This document shows, in pieces, positions 16,805 through 24,534 of a DNA stretch of 41,232 bases; the stretch's first letter is position 1, and each line of letters opens with the position of its first letter. Under the pieces are notes generated by a model. The model did not search any database, was not told where the DNA came from, and worked only from the letters and a program-made list of their open reading frames with translations. The translations under genes and the position numbers were made by a program. Source of the stretch: an uncultured Gammaproteobacteria bacterium (GTDB lineage: Bacteria > Patescibacteriota > Microgenomatia > UBA12405); contig CAYOPC010000004.1 in assembly GCA_964405765.1 (NCBI GenBank), positions 1 to 41,232 on the forward strand. The letters are read 5' to 3'.

Positions 16805-19150
16805 TTAATTTTTACCTGTAGGCCAGGAGGAAGAAATTAAAAGTTCTTTGGGTAAATTATACTGGGAAATTAGGTCTTGATAAACAGTTTCGGTGATAAA
16901 AGGAATAAAGGGATGAAGTAGTTTGAGACAGGTTATTAAGACTGTTAATAAAACTGAAACAATAATTTCGGCATTTGATTTGTCCGAATATTCGGGTGAA
17001 TCAAGTCTTTTTTTGGCGCCTTCGATATAGATATCACAAAATTCGTGCCAAAAAAATTGGTAAAGGTCTTCGCTGGCTTGGCCAAAACGATAATTATTTA
17101 AATTTTTGGTAGTGGAAATAATTAAATCATTAAGTTTGGTGAGAATAGATTGATCAGCTTGATTCAAACCCTTCCCCAACCCTTCCCTTGACAGGGCAGG
17201 GAGATCTAATGTGGAAATTTTGAGGTCGGGATTGGTTTCGCGGAGGCGGTCGATAAGCATTTCGACAAAGCGGGAGGCGTTCCAAATTTTGTTAACGAAA
17301 TTGCGTTGGGCGCGGATTTTATCTTCGGAAACGACAAAATCACTAGCCGGAGCAATACCATAAACCAGAGACATACGGAGAGCATCAGTGCCATATTTTT
17401 CGGTCATATCAAGCGGATTAATGACATTGCCTTTGGATTTACTCATTTTTTGGCCTTTGGCATCGGTAACTTTGGAGTGAAGATGAACAGTTTTGAAAGG
17501 AACATCACCAGTTAGATAAAGACCAAACATGGTCATGCGAGCGACCCAAAAAAATAAAATGTCCCACAAAGTGTCCATGACGGTGGTGGGGTAAAAATAA
17601 TCAAAATCAGGGGAAGATTTAGAAGGATCAGTGGTGTTGAATTCAAGAGTACTGAGAGGCCATTGGCCACTTAAAAACCAAGTATCAAAAGTATCAGTTT
17701 CCTGAATTAAATTTTTGGACTGACATTTGGGACAAGAATCAAGATGTTCGACAGTAAAATTAGTACCGACAGGGGCAACTAAGGATTGCAGACCATTATT
17801 AATTTCATCAAAAGAATATTTATCTTTTAAATCACGATAAAAACCAGAAACTATATTCTTATTTTTGTCGAGAAAATTTAATTTGATGTCAGGATGACAA
17901 TCTAAACAATACCAAGCCGGAATACGAGGTCCCCAAACAATCTGACGGGATATGTTCCAATCACGAATATTTTCCATCCAAGTAGTAAAGGATTTTTTGA
18001 AACGAACGGGGAAAAATTTGAGTTTGCCAGTTTTGGCAGCGTCGATAGCGGGCTTGGCAAGGGAATCGATTTTGACATACCATTGAGGAGCAGTGATAGG
18101 TTCGATGGGGTGGCCACAACGATAACAATGACCAACTTCATGAGAATAGTTTTTAATTTTTTCCATGAAACCGGCGGCAGTTAAGTCGTCGATAACCATT
18201 TGGCGAAGCTTCTGGGGGTAAAAACCACGATATTTTTCGGGGACATTGTTGTTGGATTTACCGTCGTAATCGAAGATGCGAACAAACTCTAAATTGTGTT
18301 TTTTGGCCATGTCATAATCTTCGGGAGAATGAGACGGAGTGACTTTAACAGCACCGGTACCAAATTCCATATCAATAGTATCTTCCCCTATTACAGGGAT
18401 TTCTTTGTTGACTAATGGGAGAGTAACGGTTTTATCAATTAAATTCCTATATCTTTCGTCCTTGGGATTAACAGCGACAGCAGTATCGCCAAGCATGGTT
18501 TCGGGACGGGTAGTAGCAACAGTTATGGGGCCATATTTAATGTACCAAAGATGAGAGTCGACAGTTTTATGATCAACTTCGAGATTGGAAAAAGCAGTGC
18601 CGCAACGAGTACAGTAATTAACGATTTTTTCATCGCGATATACCAGACCATCCTGATAAAGTTTTTTGAAAGTAGCTAAAACATTTTCGACAATGGCTGG
18701 TTCTAAACTGTAGTGATAACGAGTCCAATCCATAGAAAAACCGAGTTTCTTCATTTGGAATTGATTTAGTTTTCGGTTATCTTCGACAAAATCCCAAATC
18801 ATTTGGTAAAGAGTTTGGCGATCAAAATCAAAACGACTTTTGCCCTCTTTGGCTAATCTTTTTTCAAAAACAAATTGGGTTTCAATACCGGCGTGATCAC
18901 CACCCGGCAACCAAAGAGTGGGTTGACCAAGCATGCGGTGGAAACGGACTAAAATATCTTGGATAGTGAACAGAGCGTGACCCATGTGCATGGGATCGTT
19001 GGCATTGGGAAGTGGAAGAATTATGGAATAAGGATTATCTTTAATTTTGGCAACTTTGGGATTTTTGGGGACTTTGGGAGTGAAGGCGCCAGAATTTTGC
19101 CAAAGGTCGTAAATTTGGGCCTCAGATGCGGGATTGTAAACTTTGTCCAT
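16805..19150 (-). CDS. valS: valine--tRNA ligase (short form, no long C-terminal coiled coil)
   Basis: PLPNANDPMHMGHAL (HIGH-type), WLPGGDHAGIETQ and KMSKSKGN, with a CP1 editing-domain-sized insert. 781 aa. Confidence 0.88.
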   Translation of the reverse strand: MDKVYNPASEAQIYDLWQNSGAFTPKVPKNPKVAKIKDNPYSIILPLPNANDPMHMGHALFTIQDILVRFHRMLGQPTLWLPGGDHAGIETQFVFEKRLAKEGKSRFDFDRQTLYQMIWDFVEDNRKLNQFQMKKLGFSMDWTRYHYSLEPAIVENVLATFKKLYQDGLVYRDEKIVNYCTRCGTAFSNLEVDHKTVDSHLWYIKYGPITVATTRPETMLGDTAVAVNPKDERYRNLIDKTVTLPLVNKEIPVIGEDTIDMEFGTGAVKVTPSHSPEDYDMAKKHNLEFVRIFDYDGKSNNNVPEKYRGFYPQKLRQMVIDDLTAAGFMEKIKNYSHEVGHCYRCGHPIEPITAPQWYVKIDSLAKPAIDAAKTGKLKFFPVRFKKSFTTWMENIRDWNISRQIVWGPRIPAWYCLDCHPDIKLNFLDKNKNIVSGFYRDLKDKYSFDEINNGLQSLVAPVGTNFTVEHLDSCPKCQSKNLIQETDTFDTWFLSGQWPLSTLEFNTTDPSKSSPDFDYFYPTTVMDTLWDILFFWVARMTMFGLYLTGDVPFKTVHLHSKVTDAKGQKMSKSKGNVINPLDMTEKYGTDALRMSLVYGIAPASDFVVSEDKIRAQRNFVNKIWNASRFVEMLIDRLRETNPDLKISTLDLPALSREGLGKGLNQADQSILTKLNDLIISTTKNLNNYRFGQASEDLYQFFWHEFCDIYIEGAKKRLDSPEYSDKSNAEIIVSVLLTVLITCLKLLHPFIPFITETVYQDLISQYNLPKELLISSSWPTGKN
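17166..17203 (+). repeat. palindromic repeat unit (type C) inside valS, in frame
   Basis: AAACCCTTCCCCAACCCTTCCCTTGACAGGGCAGGGAG, translated on the minus strand as ..LPALSREGLGKGLN.. within ValS. Confidence 0.85.
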
Positions 19151-19271
19151 GAGGATATTTTAGCACGAAACTCTTTTTATCTGTCCTTTGACAGAACAAA
19201 AGTTTAATGAAAAAGATGATAATGTAGATAAGTTTTTATTTATATAAAAAATTTTTTGGTTTTAGAAAATA

Positions 19272-19949
19272 ATGGAAAATACTGGCGAAAAATTTATAGC
19301 AATAAAGCATAGTGATAATAGTCAAACTACTGTTGAGCTCATAAATAAAGAGGACGGCAAAATTCATTCGGGATTACATAAGGTTGTTGCCGCAGTTTTG
19401 TCAAAAGACGGCGAAGATGATGGGAGAAAGATAGAAATCCCTATGATTAGAAAAAAAGTAGCATCCGCAGATGGTTATTGTGAATATTGGGAAAGATTAA
19501 GAAAGGCCGCTATTCCGACTATACCTACCGTTAGGAAAATTAGTGAAAATGAAGTTTTAATGACCGATTTAACAAAAGACGGAAGTTCATTTTATGGTAA
19601 AGATAGTGTTTTTGGTTGTTTTAATAGATTTAAAAAAAATGAAATTAATATCTTAGATAGGTATTTTTTAGCTATTCAGACAAGTGTTTTAGAAAACGAG
19701 ATAAGGGGGATATCTCGTAAAGCTGATGAAAATGGAATAGTTTTACCGATTGACGACCCGTTTGATTTATTGGTTCATCCTGGTGGTAGTTGGGAAGTAT
19801 TAGTACTAGACCTAGAAACAGAAAGCTACAATACTTCAGAAGATCAGATTAGGATGTTTAATATTGAGAGTGTTGGTCATTATTTGACTTTGCTGAAAAT
19901 AAATAGAAATAGTTTATTAGGGAAAGAACCCCCATCGATTATTTCTTAG
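19272..19949 (+). CDS. hypothetical protein (faint kinase-fold-like motif)
   Basis: 225-aa ORF. VLMTDLTKDG and DLLVHPGG..VLVLDLE loosely resemble the hinge and catalytic/DFG-like segments of APH/RIO-type small kinases. This is not secure. Confidence 0.45.
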   Translation: MENTGEKFIAIKHSDNSQTTVELINKEDGKIHSGLHKVVAAVLSKDGEDDGRKIEIPMIRKKVASADGYCEYWERLRKAAIPTIPTVRKISENEVLMTDLTKDGSSFYGKDSVFGCFNRFKKNEINILDRYFLAIQTSVLENEIRGISRKADENGIVLPIDDPFDLLVHPGGSWEVLVLDLETESYNTSEDQIRMFNIESVGHYLTLLKINRNSLLGKEPPSIIS

Positions 19950-19983
19950 GTCTAATCTGGTTGGGTAGAATTTACTAGAAAAT

Positions 19984-20568
19984 TTGAGTGATAAAATTAG
20001 GGATATGACTCAAGAAGAAATATATAAACTTCACCAAAAATATGCCGAAGGAGAAAAGCAAAAAGAATTGTTGGATTTGGTCTGGGGACATAGCCTGATT
20101 GTCAGAGATATAGCTATGCAATTGGCCGATAATTTGATTAAAAAAGGAATAAAGATTAATAAAGAATTGGTGGAAATTGGAACATTAGTACACGACATCG
20201 GTTGTTATGATTATTATAAAAAAATTAATAATATGCCGTATATTTTGCATGGGGTAAGAGGTTATGAGATTTTGAAAAATGAGGGTTTTGAGGAAGAAAT
20301 TGCCAGAATAGCGACGATACATTTGGGTGTAGGGTTAATAAAAGAAAATGTATTGGCAAATAATTTACCATTGGAAGCAAAAGATTATATTCCAATAACT
20401 TTAGAGGAAGAATTGGTGGCTTATGCAGATAATTTTCATTCTAAGAAGGGCCCGGTTTTTATAAATTTTAGTGAAGCTAAAGAAAAATTAGCTGGTTTAT
20501 GGAGTGAATCGCCGATAATTTTTGAAAGGTTTAGGAAAAAGTTTGGAGAACCGGAAATTAAACCCTAA
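19984..20568 (+). CDS. HD/HDIG-domain metal-dependent phosphohydrolase
   Basis: H...LVHDIGCYD...H motif set. The start may be the TTG at 19984 or the ATG at 20005. The last codons and the stop lie inside repeat 20560..20602. Confidence 0.72.
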   Translation: MSDKIRDMTQEEIYKLHQKYAEGEKQKELLDLVWGHSLIVRDIAMQLADNLIKKGIKINKELVEIGTLVHDIGCYDYYKKINNMPYILHGVRGYEILKNEGFEEEIARIATIHLGVGLIKENVLANNLPLEAKDYIPITLEEELVAYADNFHSKKGPVFINFSEAKEKLAGLWSESPIIFERFRKKFGEPEIKP

Positions 20569-20602
20569 CCCTTCCCTTTCCCTTGACAGGGCAAGGGTAA
20601 AA
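20560..20602 (+). repeat. palindromic repeat unit (type C)
   Basis: AAACCCTAACCCTTCCCTTTCCCTTGACAGGGCAAGGGTAAAA. It supplies the K-P-stop end of the HD-domain ORF. Confidence 0.9.
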
Positions 20603-20671
20603 GCCAATTAGACTAGGTTGATGATATAATTTATGTGATAGAAATAGTGGAAATTAAGACAAAACCTAATG

Positions 20672-20767
20672 TTCAATCTCCCCTACCCCCTCTTTGACAC
20701 GAGGGAGAAAAGACAAACCCCTCAGTCCCTCGTTGAACTCGGGACAGCTCCCTTTGACAAGGGAGCC
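20672..20767 (+). repeat. two abutting palindromic repeat units (type A + type B)
   Basis: TTCAATCTCCCCTACCCCCTCTTTGACACGAGGGAGAAAAG, then AAACCCCTCAGTCCCTCGTTGAACTCGGGACAGCTCCCTTTGACAAGGGAGCC. Confidence 0.85.
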
Positions 20768-20782
20768 TCTAAAAGAAAAAAT

Positions 20783-21928
20783 ATGGAGATAATTGATATT
20801 AAAAATAACTATAATCAAGTAATAAAAAAAACAGCTGAAATAATTTTGGCTGGTGGATTAGTAGTGTTTCCGAGTGATACGGTTTATATTTTGGCAGTGG
20901 ATGCGACTAACGAAAATGGAGTAAAAAAGTTACTCGAATTTAAAAATAGGTGGACCGGAAAAGCCATTTCGGTAGCCGTGTTGGATGAGAAAATGGCTGA
21001 GGATTATGTGGTGTTAAATGAAAACAGCAGAAATATTTATGAAAATTTGTTGCCGGGACCGTTTACTATTGTAAGTGAAGGCAAGCATCAAGTAGCTGCC
21101 GGAATTGAGGCGGAAAATGGAACTTTGGGAATAAGAATTCCGGATAATAAATATATTCATGATTTGGTGGAATTGGTGGGTAAACCAGTGACGGCAACTT
21201 CGGCAAATTTGTCAGGGAGGACACCGAATTATTCGATTCAAAGTTTTTTGAGGCCATTGTCAAAAAAGAAAAAAGCTATGATTGATTTGATAGTTGATGG
21301 CGGTAAATTGCCAAAAAATAAACCCTCAACGGTGATTGATGCGACTGAATCGGAAATAAAAATTTTAAGACGAGGAGATTTGATTACTGGAAAAACTACC
21401 AGTTTCATTAGCAAGTCGGAAAAAGAGACAGAAAAGATTGCGGAGTTTTTGTTGAAAAGATCCAATCTTCCCCCTTCCCCCTTCTTTCACAAGACGGGGG
21501 TAAAACAAAATAAGCCGTTGGTGTTTTTATTGAGCGGAGATTTGGGTTGCGGAAAGACAGTTTTTAGCCGGAAAATAGGACATTTATTGGGAGTAAAGGA
21601 AAAGATTACTAGTCCAACTTATATGATTTATAATGAGTACAAAACCCTAACCCCCTCCCCCTTTCCCTTGACAGGGCAAGGGGAGAAAATGATCAAATTT
21701 TTACATATGGATTTGTATAAAATTACATCGGAAAAAGATTTGGAGGAAATAAAATTTCTTACTCTATTTTCTGAAGATACAGTCAGTTGTATTGAATGGC
21801 CGGAACAAATGGGAGAAAAATTTTTGAAAAAATTGAGAGAAAAAACTAAGGTAGTTTCGGTGAATTTTGAATATATAGATCAGGAGACGAGAAGTATTAG
21901 TTTCTCAGCTGATCAGTTGGTCAGATAA
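20783..21928 (+). CDS. fused L-threonylcarbamoyladenylate synthase (TsaC/YrdC domain) and t6A ATPase TsaE
   Basis: The N-terminal half has the YrdC/Sua5 pattern (GGLVVFPSDTVYILAVDA, TATSANLSG, PSTVID). The C-terminal part has the TsaE P-loop GDLGCGKT and SPTYMIYNEY...HMDLYK. I place the start at the ATG at 20783, because the 38 upstream codons are repeat-derived. Confidence 0.75.
   Translation: MEIIDIKNNYNQVIKKTAEIILAGGLVVFPSDTVYILAVDATNENGVKKLLEFKNRWTGKAISVAVLDEKMAEDYVVLNENSRNIYENLLPGPFTIVSEGKHQVAAGIEAENGTLGIRIPDNKYIHDLVELVGKPVTATSANLSGRTPNYSIQSFLRPLSKKKKAMIDLIVDGGKLPKNKPSTVIDATESEIKILRRGDLITGKTTSFISKSEKETEKIAEFLLKRSNLPPSPFFHKTGVKQNKPLVFLLSGDLGCGKTVFSRKIGHLLGVKEKITSPTYMIYNEYKTLTPSPFPLTGQGEKMIKFLHMDLYKITSEKDLEEIKFLTLFSEDTVSCIEWPEQMGEKFLKKLREKTKVVSVNFEYIDQETRSISFSADQLVR
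21462..21510 (+). repeat. palindromic repeat unit (type A) inside the tsaC-tsaE ORF, in frame
   Basis: CCAATCTTCCCCCTTCCCCCTTCTTTCACAAGACGGGGGTAAAACAAAA, translated NLPPSPFFHKTGVKQN. Confidence 0.9.
21641..21689 (+). repeat. palindromic repeat unit (type C) inside the TsaE domain, in frame
   Basis: AAAACCCTAACCCCCTCCCCCTTTCCCTTGACAGGGCAAGGGGAGAAAA, translated KTLTPSPFPLTGQGEK. Confidence 0.9.
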
Positions 21929-21935
21929 TCAGATC

Positions 21936-22017
21936 AAAACCCCTCAGCCCCGACTAAAGTCGGGACAGCTCCCTCGCCTCGAATTCGAGTCGGAGCGGGC
22001 CTTAATGAAAAGGAGCC
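21936..22017 (+). repeat. palindromic repeat unit (type B with nested hairpin)
   Basis: Near-identical to 3676..3757, differing in GAATTCGAGTCGGAG versus GAATCCGAGTTGGAG. Confidence 0.9.
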
Positions 22018-22140
22018 TTTTAAAAATTATGGTAAAATGCCTAAATTTAAAACATATGAATAATAAAGAAAATCCAAATAGAATATTAGCTCCAAAAAAG
22101 AGAGATAAGGGTAGAGAAAAATTTTGAGATGCAGATTTTA

Positions 22141-22827
22141 CTAGAGTAATTTGAAGGAAGAGATAAAGGTTTCACACTCGGTTTTGAGAGTGGCATTGCC
22201 ATTGTGGACACATTGAATAGTGTAGTTTTTACTATTGGATTGAATATCGACAATGGTTTGAGCGGCGATGTCGTAGCGGAATGATGGTTGGCCAGCAATC
22301 AAAGAGTTATCGTCAAATTGACGGTCAGGGTGAGTCCAGGACCATTGACCGTTTAAGCCAACATGAACGGCAAAATTACCTGAGGACAGGTAAAAGGTAT
22401 AGCGATTACCGGAGCTTTCGGTATCCTGATAAAGTTTTCTGCTGGTAGAGTAGTCGACAGAAAAACCATCTTGGTCAGAGGTAAAAGTTTCGATACCAGA
22501 TGAAGAAGTTGAAGTTGGGGTAGTGGTTGGAGTGAGGACTGGTATTTTGGTTGGAGTAATAGTATTTTTGGCGGTAGTTGGGGTAACTTTTCCGGAAATA
22601 GAGGCAATTGGAGTGATAATTGAGGCAGAGGTAGAGGCTGGAGTGATAGTATCGGTTTCTTCATCCGGTGAATCAGTTGGGAGTAATTCTATTTTGGGAG
22701 TGGTTTCGGAAGTATAAATGTTTTGTTGGTTGGTTTGATAAACTTGAAAGAGGAAATACCCACCAATTACTGATAAAATCAGCAGAAATAAACCTAAAAT
22801 TAAATAAGTACTATTTTTAGTTGACAT
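22141..22827 (-). CDS. membrane-anchored protein with Thr/Pro-rich linker and globular C-terminal domain
   Basis: I place the start at the ATG at 22827 (MSTKNSTYLILGLFLLIL..). TM anchor, then TPTTTPTSTSS-type linker. No enzymatic motif recognised. Confidence 0.55.
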   Translation of the reverse strand: MSTKNSTYLILGLFLLILSVIGGYFLFQVYQTNQQNIYTSETTPKIELLPTDSPDEETDTITPASTSASIITPIASISGKVTPTTAKNTITPTKIPVLTPTTTPTSTSSSGIETFTSDQDGFSVDYSTSRKLYQDTESSGNRYTFYLSSGNFAVHVGLNGQWSWTHPDRQFDDNSLIAGQPSFRYDIAAQTIVDIQSNSKNYTIQCVHNGNATLKTECETFISSFKLL

Positions 22828-22851
22828 ATTTATAGTTAATAATACAAACAA

Positions 22852-24123
22852 ATGAAAATATTGGCAATAGAGACGAGTTGTGATGATACTTGCGCGGCTG
22901 TTTTGGAAAACGACCGAGTGCTGTCAAACGTGATTTCATCGCAGACTGATTTGCATGCCAAATGGGGCGGAGTAGTGCCGGATATTGCTAAAAGAGCACA
23001 TACGGAGAGAATTGAGGCAGTAATTGCGGAAGCATTAAAAAGAGCAAAACCTTCCCCTTCCCTTGACCCTCCACTTCGGCGGGCAGGCAGGGTGGGGCAT
23101 AAATTATCCCCTGAAGAAATAATTGAGAGAGAAGTTAAAAATATTGATGTGATTGGGGTGACACAGGGGCCGGGGTTGGCAATTGCTTTGGGGATTGGAG
23201 TAAATAAAGCCAAAGAACTGGCGAAAAAATATAATAAAAAATTGGTGGCGGTAAATCATATTGAGGGGCATATTTGGGCAAATTTTTTGAAAAATAAAAA
23301 GGGAAAACCGGAAAGAGAATTGGAATTGCCGGCGATGGCATTGACGGTGTCAGGAGGACATACAAAAATAATACTAATTTCTAATAACCAATTTCTAAGT
23401 CAAAACCTAGAAGAACTCAATCTTCCCCCTTCCCCCTTCTTTCACAAGACGGGGGTTAAAACAAACCCTTCCCAAACCCTTCCCTTGACAGGGCAGGGCT
23501 TAAAACTCAATCTTCCCCTAACCCCTTCTTTAACAAGACGGGGAATAAAACAGAAGTTAATTTATACGGTTGTTGGAGAGACGTTGGATGATGCGGCGGG
23601 AGAGGCTTTGGATAAAGCGGCAAAAATGTTGGGGTTGGGATATCCGGGCGGACCGATTATAGAAAGATTGGCGAAAGACGGTGAGATAAATTTCTTGGAT
23701 CTTCCCCACCCACTGGCTGACAAAAAAATATTGGATTATAGTTTTTCGGGTTTAAAAACCAGTTTTTATTACAAAATAAAAGATTGGCCAAAAGAAAAAA
23801 TTTATCAAAATTTGAATAATTTGGCGGCGACTTTTCAGAATGCAGTGTTGGAAACATTATTGAGAAAATATAAATTGGCCATAGCTAGATACCAACCAAA
23901 AACGTTGCTAGCAAGCGGCGGAGTGTTGGCAAATTTGGAATTGAGAAAAAGGTTAAGAAAATTAGCCAAAGAAGTTAATTTACCAATTTATATGCCGGTC
24001 CATAAAAATTTAAATACAGATAATGCGGCCATGGTTGGAAGAGTGACATATAATAAGGCACTGATGGGAGAATATGTTGAGGATATAGACGCGTTGGATA
24101 GAGACCCGAGACTTACTATTTAA
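22852..24123 (+). CDS. tsaD: tRNA N6-adenosine threonylcarbamoyltransferase TsaD, carrying in-frame repeat insertions
   Basis: MKILAIETSCDDT, GVTQGPGL, HIEGH, SGGHT, GETLDDAAGEALDK, GYPGGP, FSGLKT. 423 aa, against about 340 aa for typical TsaD. Confidence 0.9.
   Translation: MKILAIETSCDDTCAAVLENDRVLSNVISSQTDLHAKWGGVVPDIAKRAHTERIEAVIAEALKRAKPSPSLDPPLRRAGRVGHKLSPEEIIEREVKNIDVIGVTQGPGLAIALGIGVNKAKELAKKYNKKLVAVNHIEGHIWANFLKNKKGKPERELELPAMALTVSGGHTKIILISNNQFLSQNLEELNLPPSPFFHKTGVKTNPSQTLPLTGQGLKLNLPLTPSLTRRGIKQKLIYTVVGETLDDAAGEALDKAAKMLGLGYPGGPIIERLAKDGEINFLDLPHPLADKKILDYSFSGLKTSFYYKIKDWPKEKIYQNLNNLAATFQNAVLETLLRKYKLAIARYQPKTLLASGGVLANLELRKRLRKLAKEVNLPIYMPVHKNLNTDNAAMVGRVTYNKALMGEYVEDIDALDRDPRLTI
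23046..23097 (+). repeat. palindromic repeat unit (type C with nested hairpin) inside tsaD, in frame
   Basis: AAAACCTTCCCCTTCCCTTGACCCTCCACTTCGGCGGGCAGGCAGGGTGGGG. Compare 29123..29184 and 31459..31520. Confidence 0.85.
23416..23552 (+). repeat. three abutting palindromic repeat units (A-C-A) inside tsaD, in frame
   Basis: CTCAATCTTCCCCCTTCCCCCTTCTTTCACAAGACGGGGGTTAAAACAA / AAACCCTTCCCAAACCCTTCCCTTGACAGGGCAGGGCTTAAAA / CTCAATCTTCCCCTAACCCCTTCTTTAACAAGACGGGGAATAAAACA. Confidence 0.9.
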
Positions 24124-24170
24124 TTAAGAATTAATAATTAATAGTTAATAATTAATAGTTAAGAGTTAAT
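24121..24170. repeat. AT-rich TAATTAA-type motif block
   Basis: TAATTAAGAATTAATAATTAATAGTTAATAATTAATAGTTAAGAGTTAAT. Related blocks at 24518, 26693, 31181 and 40292. Confidence 0.75.
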
Positions 24171-24513
24171 TTTTTGATGTTTTTAATATTTTAGTAATTA
24201 TCTTGATAATTTCTTCACAATCACTTATTAATGAACAACTTTGAGTTTGATTTAAATAACCACTTTTGTTTAACAAATTAATCCAATAAAGAGTTTCTCT
24301 TGATTCTTTATAGGCGACAGAGATTTTAGAAATAAAGTCTTTTTTGGATTGACCGCCAAGAGCTTCTTGAATATTTGCTCCGATTGACGTGCCACTTCTG
24401 AGTAATTGTTTGGATAAAATAAATTCTTTTTTATTTTCTTTAAGATATTTATAGAGATTAATTATTCTGAGAGCAAAATCAAAACTTTTTTGAGAGACAA
24501 TACTGTCTTTCAT
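24166..24513 (-). CDS. four-helix-bundle protein (23S rRNA intervening-sequence protein family)
   Basis: SFDFALRIINLYKYL....LSKQLLRSGTSIGANIQEA....DFISKISVAYKESRETLYWINLL is the hallmark pattern of this family. Confidence 0.85.
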   Translation of the reverse strand: MKDSIVSQKSFDFALRIINLYKYLKENKKEFILSKQLLRSGTSIGANIQEALGGQSKKDFISKISVAYKESRETLYWINLLNKSGYLNQTQSCSLISDCEEIIKIITKILKTSKN

Positions 24514-24517
24514 TTTT

Positions 24518-24533
24518 TTAATTAGTAATTAAT
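24518..24533. repeat. AT-rich TAATTAA-type motif (short block)
   Basis: TTAATTAGTAATTAAT, between the four-helix-bundle gene start and the VanW stop. Confidence 0.5.
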
Positions 24534-24534
24534 C

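Noticed and set aside
20669-20782. N-terminal 38 codons of tracked ORF 20669..21928
   Set aside because: They are encoded entirely by two palindromic repeat units (MFNLPYPLFDTREKRQTPQSLVELGTAPFDKGAS..). The YrdC-domain homology starts at the ATG at 20783.
23416-23552. Insert in tsaD considered as an intein or self-splicing intron
   Set aside because: At ~137 nt (~45 aa) it is far too short for an intein or a group I/II intron. No intein blocks are present (no N-terminal Cys/Ser ... HN-Cys pattern). The same units occur intergenically, and the ORF stays open through them.
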